From assembly GCA_965205025.1 (NCBI GenBank), contig CBDBFU010000012.1, positions 1-64,000 of the forward strand: DNA of 64,000 nucleotides. The letters run 5' to 3'. Shown piece after piece: positions 19,822-29,338 of the stretch. Below the pieces are notes generated by a model. It made no database searches. It was given only the letters and a program-made list of their open reading frames with translations, and was not told the origin of the DNA. Each line of letters opens with the position of its first letter. Position 1 is the stretch's first letter. This stretch comes from Candidatus Poribacteria bacterium. Its GTDB lineage: Bacteria > Poribacteria > WGA-4E > WGA-3G. The position numbers and the translations under genes were made by a program.

Positions 19822-20826
19822 TTACTGGAGTATAGACTCAACTATCTTTTCCATTTCAATTGATGGTATTGGACCTGCTAAGAAGAATCTAATATCCTTA
19901 TTTGACCAACTGTATGCGTTAGTTGAACCCCTGGAATGTTTAAATACAGTTGAGTCACCTACTACAATTTCAGTCCACCCTCTATGGTCACGATCGTCAG
20001 ATTTGTCCTGTTTAAGGGTTTCAAATATATTAAAGTCCAACAACCCGTCTGTATACTTTAAACGAACGGGATGTCTCCCTCTATAACTATGTTTATATAC
20101 CCGTTGTAGTTGAAAACCTGATGGTAAGTATGTAGGTTGGATTAGTTTTTTCTTAAGAATCTTATTCGCATCATCTATAGAAATGACATCATAAGTTCTC
20201 GGTCTAACTCTTATTTCTTCAGAAAATTCACTCCATTTCTTTGACACGGTATCAGGATCAAAACTAATACGTGTATAAACAAACATACCGCGTAACACGC
20301 TTGCAGCGTCTAAATCCTCTAATTTTAGGATAAGGCGGTTTTTATGTGCAAAGTAAATATATTTTGTTGGTCTACCCTCAAATTTGGGTTTAATAATTAA
20401 TATATCTGTCTTATATCCCGCTATTTTTTCACCCCATTGCTTATGTTCCAACTCATAATTCTCTGCAATTAATTTGATTTCAGATATAGAAAACTGACTC
20501 CGTTGACGTTCCCACCTTTCTTCTCTATCACGACCTCGTCTCCTGTCTCCCCCTCTTCTCTCGGGACGATTGTCTTCATCAATTGGCTTTTCTTTACCAA
20601 GAATTGATATAATCTTACGGTATGTATCTGCCCCGTTTTCATGAATCACTACTTCTTCCACAGTCCGAGAGTCATTAGTTCTAAGTCTTACACCTACATA
20701 ACTAAGTTCATGTTCTGCTTCTACGATTCCCTTTAGTATATCAATATCGGCAGATAAAGTTAGACATAATGTAAGAGAAATTGATAATGAAAAAATGAAA
20801 AGTAGCGTTTTTTTCTGTCTTGGCAT
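19822..20826 (-). CDS. RseB/MucB-like periplasmic sigma-E regulator
   Basis: Signal peptide, LSYVG, ENY, EKIAG, PTYLPSGF, YTDGL..F.IFE; follows the anti-sigma gene. Confidence 0.75.
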   Translation of the reverse strand: MPRQKKTLLFIFSLSISLTLCLTLSADIDILKGIVEAEHELSYVGVRLRTNDSRTVEEVVIHENGADTYRKIISILGKEKPIDEDNRPERRGGDRRRGRDREERWERQRSQFSISEIKLIAENYELEHKQWGEKIAGYKTDILIIKPKFEGRPTKYIYFAHKNRLILKLEDLDAASVLRGMFVYTRISFDPDTVSKKWSEFSEEIRVRPRTYDVISIDDANKILKKKLIQPTYLPSGFQLQRVYKHSYRGRHPVRLKYTDGLLDFNIFETLKQDKSDDRDHRGWTEIVVGDSTVFKHSRGSTNAYSWSNKDIRFFLAGPIPSIEMEKIVESILQ

Positions 20827-20855
20827 AGTTCCACCGAAGAATAAGGTAATCCTTA

Positions 20856-21368
20856 TTATTCACCCAAGTAGAAATTGAATAACGTATCCGTATCTTCTAT
20901 AATTTCCTCAGTATCCACTGTTTGATTACTAATAGGTACGACTACATTGGATTTTAACGGGTTATTAGATATCTCTTCTGTTTGAAATCCAAAATAGTAT
21001 TCAAGGAGTTCGTCATATTGTGGATTAGGAGCAGGATTCACATAGAATAAAGCAATGATAAGACAGATAGTTGAAAATGCAGTTGCACCAACTGTAAAAG
21101 GACGAAATATCCATTGTCTTACAACTGAAAGTATACCTTTCTTTGATGCTGCTTCAGTTTCCTGTATCTTTGCCAATACGGCATTCTTCATCGACGGTGC
21201 CGAATGTATAAGTCCAGCAATTTGTTGCTGGTTAAGCTGGAAATCTTCCAACAATTTCATACATTCCGGACAAGTTGTAAGATGCTTATCAACTACTCTA
21301 CGTTCTTCTGATGTCAATTCATTATCAAGATATGCAGATAATTGGTTTTGGATTTTTTGATGTTTCAT
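20856..21368 (-). CDS. Anti-sigma factor with zf-HC2 zinc finger
   Basis: LSAYLDNEL, HLTTCPEC (HxxxCxxC), single TM. Confidence 0.9.
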   Translation of the reverse strand: MKHQKIQNQLSAYLDNELTSEERRVVDKHLTTCPECMKLLEDFQLNQQQIAGLIHSAPSMKNAVLAKIQETEAASKKGILSVVRQWIFRPFTVGATAFSTICLIIALFYVNPAPNPQYDELLEYYFGFQTEEISNNPLKSNVVVPISNQTVDTEEIIEDTDTLFNFYLGE

Positions 21369-21413
21369 ATTTCTAAATATGGTTATATATCATTGTATAA
21401 GTTAAAACATATA

Positions 21414-22034
21414 TTACAAATCAATTCGTTCAAGTTCAGTTCTTAATGCCTTCCGTGCTTCATGTAAACGGGATTTCACTCGACCAAGTGTACAATCAAG
21501 TATTTCAGCTATTTCTTCATAAGAAAGTTCACGTAATTCCCTTAGGATGAGAATAGTACGATAACTCTCCTTTAATTTATCAAGTGCCTGATGAAGTATC
21601 TGATTTCGTTCACTCTGAATTACCTCTTGTTCAGGTGTGACATTATCAAGCGGAATCCAAGGTTGACTGTCATCAATTTCCATAGGCTCGGTTTTACGTC
21701 GTTTACGTTGATCAATAAGATTAAGACACTTATTCTTTACAATTTTGTATAACCAAGTAGAAAACTGGGATCGGAATTGAAACTTGTTTATATTTTGCCA
21801 TACAGATAGGAAGACATCTTGTGCGACATCCTCAGCATCTTCATGGTGACCAAGTAACCCATAAGCAATGTTGTAAACCCAGTGTTGATATTGTACAACT
21901 AATGTTCCCATTGCAGATGTATCTCGTTCTTGGCATCGTAAAATAACATCGCGTTCCTGTTTACTGTCAAATTCTTCCACTTGGGTAAATTCCGAATAAG
22001 TTTCCATATCAGCAGTAAGGGTAGTAACAGACAT
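21414..22034 (-). CDS. ECF RNA polymerase sigma factor (RpoE/SigW-like)
   Basis: DAEDVAQDVF, FSTWLYKI, LSYEEIAEIL...GRVKSRLHEAR. Confidence 0.95.
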   Translation of the reverse strand: MSVTTLTADMETYSEFTQVEEFDSKQERDVILRCQERDTSAMGTLVVQYQHWVYNIAYGLLGHHEDAEDVAQDVFLSVWQNINKFQFRSQFSTWLYKIVKNKCLNLIDQRKRRKTEPMEIDDSQPWIPLDNVTPEQEVIQSERNQILHQALDKLKESYRTILILRELRELSYEEIAEILDCTLGRVKSRLHEARKALRTELERIDL

Positions 22035-22102
22035 TAATCTCCTCCAGAATTCTCGTGCATATCACTTAGTATCTCATTTATTTTATCTTCTCTATAACTA
22101 TG

Positions 22103-22131
22103 TGACATAACACAATTCGAATTGTTCGTTC
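22103..22131 (-). promoter_or_regulatory. Candidate ECF-sigma promoter (autoregulatory)
   Basis: Minus strand GAACGAACA-N14-ATGTCA; same motif and spacing at 24682-24710. Confidence 0.65.
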
Positions 22132-22153
22132 CTTTTGGAGAATAAAGAATGAG

Positions 22154-24646
22154 TTAGTTATTTTTCCGATTTTGCTTACCTGGTGTCATCTCTAATACCT
22201 GAAATGGACCAGTTGCATTAGGAATTCTTCCTATGGCACTGTCTCTTTTTAAATCAGTAAATGAAATTGAATCTATCACTTTATTGCCACGCTCATCAGT
22301 ATCCACTAACATTACCAATTCCCCTTTACGAGATAATTTGAAATTCGCATGGAGACCTTCTTTAGCTTTTCCATCTTCATCTAACCATACGATAATATAT
22401 CCATTTGGTGGTATACTGGAATTATCTGGAAATTTCCATTTTGTAAGATTATCCATTTTATCGGTTAGGTACATCCCAGTTAGCGATACGGTTGTATCCG
22501 TGATATTGTGTAGTTCTAACCAATCCTCATAGTCACCTTGTGGATCAACAATACTTTTTGTATTTGCCGCCATCAACTCATTAATTACAACAGATACTTC
22601 ATCTGCTTTTGGGGTGACGACAGTATATTCAAATGGATTGAATTCAGTCCGCGTGGGCAAAAATGTTGTTGTACCGTGTGTTTTTACAGCGTTTGCCTCA
22701 ACATAATAATAAACTATGCTACCAGCAGGAAAACCAGGTATAGATCCAACATAACTCTCATTATGTGGAGACATTACAATATTATTAAAAACGCCATTCT
22801 TATCAGTGCTATAATATAATAATACGGTATCTGGCACAACCACTTTATCAATATTAGTAATGATATCAACAGTTTCACCAGAAAGAGGATTCTCTGGAGT
22901 TGAAACAGATATTATCTTTGGTGTAGGTTTGTTTAGTTCCGGATGATTCAATAGATATCCTCGCCTTCTGGTAATATATTGCTTAAAACTTGGAGTGCGT
23001 CCACCTTGTTCTCCTTCAACGCTATTCTCAAAATCATCGTAACTATATAATTTCTTATCATCTTGCTGAACTTCTGAGTCTATAAGGGCATGATATTCCA
23101 AAATAACGGGTTCTATTTTATTCCAATCAAGCCAATCATTCATTACAGTTTTTACATGAGCAATATATCTTGCTTTCCATTCTGGAACTCCAATCAGTCG
23201 GCTGATTACTGGTCGCAAAGGATTATCTGCATGAGTCAGTGGAGTAGCCATACTATCTTCTAACTCACCCCATGACCAACCTCGAGGACCGCCTCCCCCA
23301 GGTCCACCACCGCCTCCACCACCACGAGGGGCACGACCAAACCTAAAAGTTTCATTATTATCATGGGAGATTAGGTGAAATCTATCATTAGGATCTTTAT
23401 ATAAACTAAAATCACCACCTTTATGAATATAACTATCATCATCCATAAACACATTCGATACGGCAAGTTGCCATAGGGCACGGTCTATATTAAAAATCGA
23501 TGAAAGATCTGATTTTAATTTACTATTAGGGGTTTCTGCGTCTAACATTCTACAGAGTTCTATCAACTTTTCCCACGGGTTTTCAACGTTACCCGTTTTT
23601 AATTGATATGTATTCTGATAACGGGTAACATCATCACCAGTATAAGTCAATGCACCTCCACCCGGTCCTATTTTCCATCTGATACCATCTCTGGTATCAA
23701 ACCACTCTTCAAGGAAATCTTTGTTATACTGTTGAAGATTGATATAAATTCCCCAATTCTCACCATTTATCACCAGTTTTACCAAATTGGTTTTCATTGC
23801 GGGAATATAGTCTCGGGCAATTCGATTGTAAAGTACTTCTCGAATAAAAGAACTATCTACATGTCCATTGAGTAAATTCAGTGTTTTATATCCAAATAAT
23901 CGTTGACCATCATTTCCATAGTCAATAGCTATATTAAAAGATTTCTTAGCTGATCTCACGGTAAAGTAGGATGATGTCCCTCGTGCTCTTACACCAACTT
24001 CAGAATAAACTTTTCCGTCTACAACCAATTCAGCTGGAACTTCCACATCTGTCCGATAAAATGCATTGAGTTGAGAATACCAATCTTCATCATGAAACCT
24101 AAGATACAGTGTACGAAGAGTAAGAGCGTCATAAAAGGATGGCGAGTTTGAAGGGCTTGAAGCAATACTCTCTTTTATGTCACTTTCTATATTACCTTTT
24201 GGAGTTCCTGCTACCTGATCAGGTTGATATGCGTCACCTCGAGACTGAAGTGCTGCTTTTCGTTCATCTCCTGTAAGTTTCCCATTCTTATCAGTATCAA
24301 ACTTCGATACTATTTTTACTGCAGGACGGGGTCCCCCTCTTCCTCTCCTGCCACCAGGAGGTCCTCCCCCAATTCCTTGTGGTGGATTGTTACCAGCCTC
24401 TACTATAAGGTTACCTCCCATTCTTTTTATCTCTTCATCACTTAGTTTGGTTCCTGAAAATGTTTCAATATTTACTACTTGTAGCATTAAGGCGTTTTCT
24501 TCTGGAGTGAGTGTGCCATTCCCATCAAAATCAAATCGCTTCTCGTCGTCAGTTAGTTGAGCAGTTGTATTACTCTCTTGAGCATAAACATTAGTTATCT
24601 GCCAAAATAATATACATAGAATTATAAAAGTTCTTATTAGTTGCAT
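22154..24646 (-). CDS. Secreted CotH-family kinase with EF-hand-like motifs and C-terminal lamin-tail domain
   Basis: Signal peptide; DFDGNGTLTPEE and DTDKNGKLTGDE; VGVRARGTSS, KKSFNI, INGENWGIY; INELMAAN..DWLELHN (LTD). Confidence 0.88.
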   Translation of the reverse strand: MQLIRTFIILCILFWQITNVYAQESNTTAQLTDDEKRFDFDGNGTLTPEENALMLQVVNIETFSGTKLSDEEIKRMGGNLIVEAGNNPPQGIGGGPPGGRRGRGGPRPAVKIVSKFDTDKNGKLTGDERKAALQSRGDAYQPDQVAGTPKGNIESDIKESIASSPSNSPSFYDALTLRTLYLRFHDEDWYSQLNAFYRTDVEVPAELVVDGKVYSEVGVRARGTSSYFTVRSAKKSFNIAIDYGNDGQRLFGYKTLNLLNGHVDSSFIREVLYNRIARDYIPAMKTNLVKLVINGENWGIYINLQQYNKDFLEEWFDTRDGIRWKIGPGGGALTYTGDDVTRYQNTYQLKTGNVENPWEKLIELCRMLDAETPNSKLKSDLSSIFNIDRALWQLAVSNVFMDDDSYIHKGGDFSLYKDPNDRFHLISHDNNETFRFGRAPRGGGGGGGPGGGGPRGWSWGELEDSMATPLTHADNPLRPVISRLIGVPEWKARYIAHVKTVMNDWLDWNKIEPVILEYHALIDSEVQQDDKKLYSYDDFENSVEGEQGGRTPSFKQYITRRRGYLLNHPELNKPTPKIISVSTPENPLSGETVDIITNIDKVVVPDTVLLYYSTDKNGVFNNIVMSPHNESYVGSIPGFPAGSIVYYYVEANAVKTHGTTTFLPTRTEFNPFEYTVVTPKADEVSVVINELMAANTKSIVDPQGDYEDWLELHNITDTTVSLTGMYLTDKMDNLTKWKFPDNSSIPPNGYIIVWLDEDGKAKEGLHANFKLSRKGELVMLVDTDERGNKVIDSISFTDLKRDSAIGRIPNATGPFQVLEMTPGKQNRKNN

Positions 24647-24681
24647 GTTTTCTCGTTTCTCCTAATTCCTTTTTCAGAATA

Positions 24682-24710
24682 TGACATTCTTCAGATTGTG
24701 ATGTTCGTTC
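24682..24710 (-). promoter_or_regulatory. Candidate ECF-sigma promoter upstream of cotH
   Basis: Minus strand GAACGAACA-N14-ATGTCA. Confidence 0.65.
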
Positions 24711-24713
24711 TTT

Positions 24714-25364
24714 TTAAACTTTATCAATTTTTACATCTGTGATTTCCTCTACTTCAGAAAGCTCTTTGAAGAACCTAATCCATTCTGATGGATCTGTCAT
24801 TTTTACACGGAAATTAAGCTCTACAACCTGTGATCTCTTTATCCTTTTATCTATTAAACTATCATTCATAGTATATTTATCGAATATTGATCGATAAGTT
24901 GTCTCTATGTTTAAGTTAGGTGGTATACAAAATTCAAGGGTGAATTCGTTATCTTTGGAAAAATGTCGATTCCAATAAAACATACATAAAAGGATTACTC
25001 CAATTACGAATGTTGCAAGAATTGCAACTGCCGGATTATCAGCACCAACAGCCATCCCAGCAGCTAAGGCATAGAAGACAAATCCTATATCTCGAGGATC
25101 TTGAATTGCAGTCCTAAAGCGAATAATTGATAATGCACCTACTAAGGCAAATGCACGAGCAATACTATCATCAATGATAATCATTACCACAGATATCAAC
25201 ATACATAGCATGATTAATGTATCTGTGAATGATTTATCTGGACCTCGTAAATGAGTCCACTGATAGATTATAACAATAAAACCGGCTAATACATACGCAA
25301 GTATTAATTTTAGTGTATAAATACCAAGTGTGATAACTGACGGAAGTGTGAAAAACTCTGACAA
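24714..25364 (-). CDS. DUF4956 family membrane protein
   Basis: SIARAFALVGALSIIRFRTAIQDPRD. Confidence 0.88.
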   Translation of the reverse strand: MSEFFTLPSVITLGIYTLKLILAYVLAGFIVIIYQWTHLRGPDKSFTDTLIMLCMLISVVMIIIDDSIARAFALVGALSIIRFRTAIQDPRDIGFVFYALAAGMAVGADNPAVAILATFVIGVILLCMFYWNRHFSKDNEFTLEFCIPPNLNIETTYRSIFDKYTMNDSLIDKRIKRSQVVELNFRVKMTDPSEWIRFFKELSEVEEITDVKIDKV

Positions 25365-25405
25365 AATGTGTATACCTTTGTAGGTAGTTGATTCAATGGA
25401 CTCTT

Positions 25406-25717
25406 TTATATATTACTGCCATTTGGACTGAAAACAACTGCTCTGACATTACCCTCAAGTTCCACACTTCGAACATTTACGTCTGCTATATTTACGTTTT
25501 CTATATCTCCCCACCAAGTGTCTACTTTCCAGAGTCTTACGTATCCATCAGAGTCTCCTGTGGCGATATTCCCACCATCGGGACTGAAATCAACAGAAAT
25601 ACTATCACTATAAAGGTCATATAACTTAGTTTGAGCAGAAGTATTTTGAAATGCGGCGGTTGAAATAAGTACAACCAAAGTCAAAAAAATAAAGTTGCGT
25701 AGAATTGTTCTTGGCAA
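25406..25717 (-). pseudogene. Truncated secreted WD40 protein (signal peptide + about 1.5 repeats)
   Basis: GGAGG RBS, signal peptide, SVDFSPDG..IATGDSDGYVRLW; stops in the next repeat. Confidence 0.65.
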
Positions 25718-25727
25718 AATTCCTCCT

Positions 25728-26058
25728 TTAAATTAAGCGGGTGAAATCGCCTGCAGTTGCTTGTTCCTCCAACGTTTCTAATACGATCAAAATATCTTCA
25801 CGATACACCGCACCATCTTCGTTAACATCTCCCTGTCCGAAGGTGGCATTGAAGACACCGAAATTCACTGGAACGATGACTAAATCTATCACATTCACGA
25901 TCCCATCACCATTGACATCTGCTGATCTGCTGGTTCTCTCAAATGCCGCGTGAACAGTATAATCTCCAGTTTCCGCCTCATAACTTTCAACGCGGAAGTA
26001 GTATGTCCCCAGTGAGACTTCAGCGCGTTCATAGTGAGTTGGGTTGCGGTCTCTGCCA
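25728..26058 (-). pseudogene. Start-less fragment with a dockerin-like double Ca-binding repeat
   Basis: Minus-strand frame ...GTYYFRVESYEAETGDYTVHAAF..SADVNGDGIVNVIDLVIV...GDVNEDGAVYREDILIV. An upstream in-frame stop and no start codon before the domain. Confidence 0.7.
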
Positions 26059-26082
26059 TATTACAACATCTGATACAGTTTG

Positions 26083-28881
26083 TTAATCATCTGTTTGTGA
26101 CAGATCCCACAGCAGCACTGTGCCATCCCAACTCCCACTTCCGAGGGTGTTTCCATCAGGACTGAACGATACGCTAAAGACCGTACCTGTATGCCCTGTG
26201 AGTGTGTGAAGGTGTCTACCCGTGCTCACATCCCAGAGACGGATGGTGTTATCCGAACTCCCACTTGCGAAGGTGTTTCCATCAGGACTGAACGCCCCGC
26301 TATCAACATCGTCCGAATGCCCTGTGAGTGTGTGAAGGTGTCTACCCGTGCTTACATCCCAGAGACGGATGGTTCTATCCGAACTCCCACTTGCGAGTAT
26401 GTTTCTATCAGGACTGAACGCCACGCTATCGACATCGTCCGAATGCCCTGTGAGTGTGTGAAGGTATCTACCCATGCCTACATCCCAGAGACGGATGGTG
26501 TTATCCGTCCCACTTGCGAAGGTGTTTCCATCAGGACTAAACGCAACACTTCTGACGGCACCTGTATGCCCTGTAAGTGTGTAAAGGTGTCTACCATTAC
26601 TCGCATCCCATAGACGGATGGTGTTATCCCAACTCCCACTTGTGAGGGTGTTCCCATCCGGACTAAACGTTACGCTACTGACCCCACCTATATGCCCTGT
26701 GAGCGTGCGAAGGTGTCTGCCACTGCTTGCATCCCATAGATGGATGGTTTTATCCCAACTCCCACTGGCGAGGGTGTTTCCATCAGGACTGAACGCCACG
26801 CTATCGACATCGTCCGAATGTCCTGTGAGCGTGTGTAGGAGTCCACCCGTGCTTACATCCCAGAGACAGATGGTGTTATTCACACTCCCACTAGCGATTG
26901 AGATTCTATCCGGACGGATGGTGTTATGCACACTCCCACTTGCGAGGGTGTTTCCATCAGGACTGAACGATACGCTACTGACCGGCCATGTATGCCCTGT
27001 GAGCGTACGAAGGTGTCTACCACTACTCATATCCCATAGACGGATGGTTTTATCCACACTCCCACTTGCGAGTGTGTTCCCATCAGGACTGAACGATACG
27101 CTAAAGACTGCACCAGTATGCCCTGTGAGCGTGCGAAGATGTCTACCACTACTCGAACCCCATAGACGGATGGTGTTATCCCAACTCCCACTTGTGAGGG
27201 TGTTTCCATCAGAACTGAACGATACGCTATAAACTCTGCCTGTATGCCCTATGAGCGTGCGAAGATGTCTGCCACTGCTCGCATCCCACAGACGGATGGT
27301 GTTATCCACACTCCCGCTCGCGATTGTGTTTCCATCAGGACTGAACGATACACTAAAGACCTGATGTGTATGTCCAGTGAGGGTGTGTAGGTGTGTTCCA
27401 GTGCTCACATCCCAGAGACGGATGGTGTTATCCCAACTCCCACTTGCGAGGGTGTTCCCATCAGGACTGAACGATACGCTATTGACACTTCGTGTATGTC
27501 CAGTGAGTGTGCGAAGATGTCTGCCACTACTCGCATCCCATAAACGGATGGTTTTATCATCACTCCCACTTGCGAGGGTGTTCCCATCAGGACTGAACGA
27601 TACGCTAAAGACATTACCTGTATGCCCAATGAGGGTATGCATGTGTGTTCCAGTGCTCACATCCCATAGACGGATGGTGCGATCCGAACCCCCACTTGCA
27701 AGTGTGTTCCCATTAGGTGAGAATGCCACGCTATTGATCCGATGTGTATGCCCTGTGAGTGTACGAAGAGGTCTGCCACTACTCACATCCCAGAGACGGA
27801 TGGTGTTATCCCAACTCCCACTTGCGAGGGTGTTCCCATCAGAGCTGAAAGATACACTATTGACCTCACCTGTATGCCCTGTGAGCGTGCGAAGATGTCT
27901 GCCACTGCTCACATCCCAGAGACGGATGGTTTTATCATAACTCCCACTTGTGAGTGTGTTTCCATCAGGACTGAACGATACGCTTCTGACCACCCCTGTA
28001 TGTCCGGTGAGTGTGCGAAGATGTTTGCCACTGCTCGCAACCCACAGACGGATGGTTTTATCATAACTCCCACTTGTGAGGGTGTTTCCATCAGGACTAA
28101 ACGCTACGCTACTGACCCCACCTGTATGTCCGGTGAGCGTGCGAAGATGTTTGCCACTGCTCACATCCCATAGACGGATGGTGAAATCCGCCCCCCCACT
28201 TGCGAGGGTGTTTCCATCAGGACTGAACGCTACGCTATTGACCATACCAACCATATGACCTGTGAGTGTGTGAAGGTGTTTTCCGTTTCTCACATCCCAT
28301 AGACGGATAGTGTTATCACCACTCCCACTGGCGAGTGTATTTCCATCAGAACTAAACGCTACGCTATAGACCCAACTTGTATGCCCTTTGAGCGTGCGAA
28401 GATGTTTTCCATTTCTCGCATCCCATAGTCGGATAGTGTCATCACCACTCCCACTGGCGAGTGTGCTTCCATCAGAACTGAACGCTACGCTATTGACCAC
28501 ACCTGTATGCCCTGTGAGCGTGCGAAGATGTTGTCCATTCCTAACATCCCAGAGACGGATAGTGTCATCACCACTCCCACTGGCGAGTGTATTTCCATCA
28601 GAACTAAACGCTACGCTATAGACCATACCTATATACCCTGTGAGTAGGTCAAGTTCTTTACCTGTCTGAGCGTTATAAATCCAAATACCAATCCTACTGG
28701 CAACTGCAAGGAGTGTGCCATCAGGTGAATACTTTACTTCCCTTATAGTCCCTTTACCGAGACGCGCTTTTACCCCTTCGGGGAGATGCCATTGGGGTGA
28801 ATCTTGGGCATAACTGAATGGTAGATAGACCGTTGAACCAAAAAGTAGTGTCAAAATAATAGTAAAAAGTGTTCTTTTCAT
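26083..28881 (-). CDS. Secreted WD40-repeat protein (21 repeats)
   Basis: Signal peptide, QWHLPEGVKARLGKG leader, 21 repeats of about 42 aa (TLTGH..V.SV.FSPDGNTLASGS.D.TIRLWD). Confidence 0.95.
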   Translation of the reverse strand: MKRTLFTIILTLLFGSTVYLPFSYAQDSPQWHLPEGVKARLGKGTIREVKYSPDGTLLAVASRIGIWIYNAQTGKELDLLTGYIGMVYSVAFSSDGNTLASGSGDDTIRLWDVRNGQHLRTLTGHTGVVNSVAFSSDGSTLASGSGDDTIRLWDARNGKHLRTLKGHTSWVYSVAFSSDGNTLASGSGDNTIRLWDVRNGKHLHTLTGHMVGMVNSVAFSPDGNTLASGGADFTIRLWDVSSGKHLRTLTGHTGGVSSVAFSPDGNTLTSGSYDKTIRLWVASSGKHLRTLTGHTGVVRSVSFSPDGNTLTSGSYDKTIRLWDVSSGRHLRTLTGHTGEVNSVSFSSDGNTLASGSWDNTIRLWDVSSGRPLRTLTGHTHRINSVAFSPNGNTLASGGSDRTIRLWDVSTGTHMHTLIGHTGNVFSVSFSPDGNTLASGSDDKTIRLWDASSGRHLRTLTGHTRSVNSVSFSPDGNTLASGSWDNTIRLWDVSTGTHLHTLTGHTHQVFSVSFSPDGNTIASGSVDNTIRLWDASSGRHLRTLIGHTGRVYSVSFSSDGNTLTSGSWDNTIRLWGSSSGRHLRTLTGHTGAVFSVSFSPDGNTLASGSVDKTIRLWDMSSGRHLRTLTGHTWPVSSVSFSPDGNTLASGSVHNTIRPDRISIASGSVNNTICLWDVSTGGLLHTLTGHSDDVDSVAFSPDGNTLASGSWDKTIHLWDASSGRHLRTLTGHIGGVSSVTFSPDGNTLTSGSWDNTIRLWDASNGRHLYTLTGHTGAVRSVAFSPDGNTFASGTDNTIRLWDVGMGRYLHTLTGHSDDVDSVAFSPDRNILASGSSDRTIRLWDVSTGRHLHTLTGHSDDVDSGAFSPDGNTFASGSSDNTIRLWDVSTGRHLHTLTGHTGTVFSVSFSPDGNTLGSGSWDGTVLLWDLSQTDD

Positions 28882-28898
28882 TTTTATTGTTGTGTTAC

Positions 28899-29063
28899 TT
28901 ATTTCCTTATTAACATTTTACGTGTTGCGTTGAAATCCTCTGCTGTGAGTGTATTAAAATAGACACTACTCACGACAGGTTCACCGAGTGCATTTTTGCC
29001 ATCCCAGTAAGCAGCACGGCTTCGGGTCTGATAAATACCAATGTTCTAATGCCCTAAATCCAG
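28899..29063 (-). pseudogene. Remnant of a FlgD-Ig/T9SS-like C-terminal sorting domain
   Basis: LDLGH*NIGIYQTRSRAAYWDGKNALGEPVVSSVYFNTLTAEDFNATRKMLIRK*, with an internal TAG at 29046-29048. Confidence 0.75.
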
Positions 29064-29128
29064 TATATATTAGATTGACTATATGTAATACTCTTAGTAT
29101 GGAAGGATTGAAAGGTTCATTTTGATAA

Positions 29129-29245
29129 ATGAAGTTAAAAAAATAAAATAGGTAATTTGGACCCAGAGCTGGTAGGTGCGGTTTCCTAACCGCACCGGAT
29201 TCTACAAGAAACTGGAAATTACCTGAATAAATTCTTTAACTTCAT
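29129..29245. mobile_element. MITE with IS630-like ends (copy A)
   Basis: ATGAAGTTAA...TTAACTTCAT terminal repeats; internal GTAGGTGCGGTTTCCTAACCGCACC hairpin; nearly identical to 33524-33641. Confidence 0.85.
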
Positions 29246-29338
29246 AAATCAAAATTACATTTCTAATCAACAAATTACGAAATCTGATTATACCAAAATT
29301 TGACAAAATATCCAACAATTTGTTGCAGAAATATAACA

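Noticed and set aside
26191-28621. Many repetitive alternative-frame and antisense ORFs
   Set aside because: Shadows of the WD40 repeat gene.
26083-28881. Diversity-generating retroelement target
   Set aside because: No reverse transcriptase in the window and no adenine-specific TR/VR pair noticed; variation fits ordinary repeat divergence.
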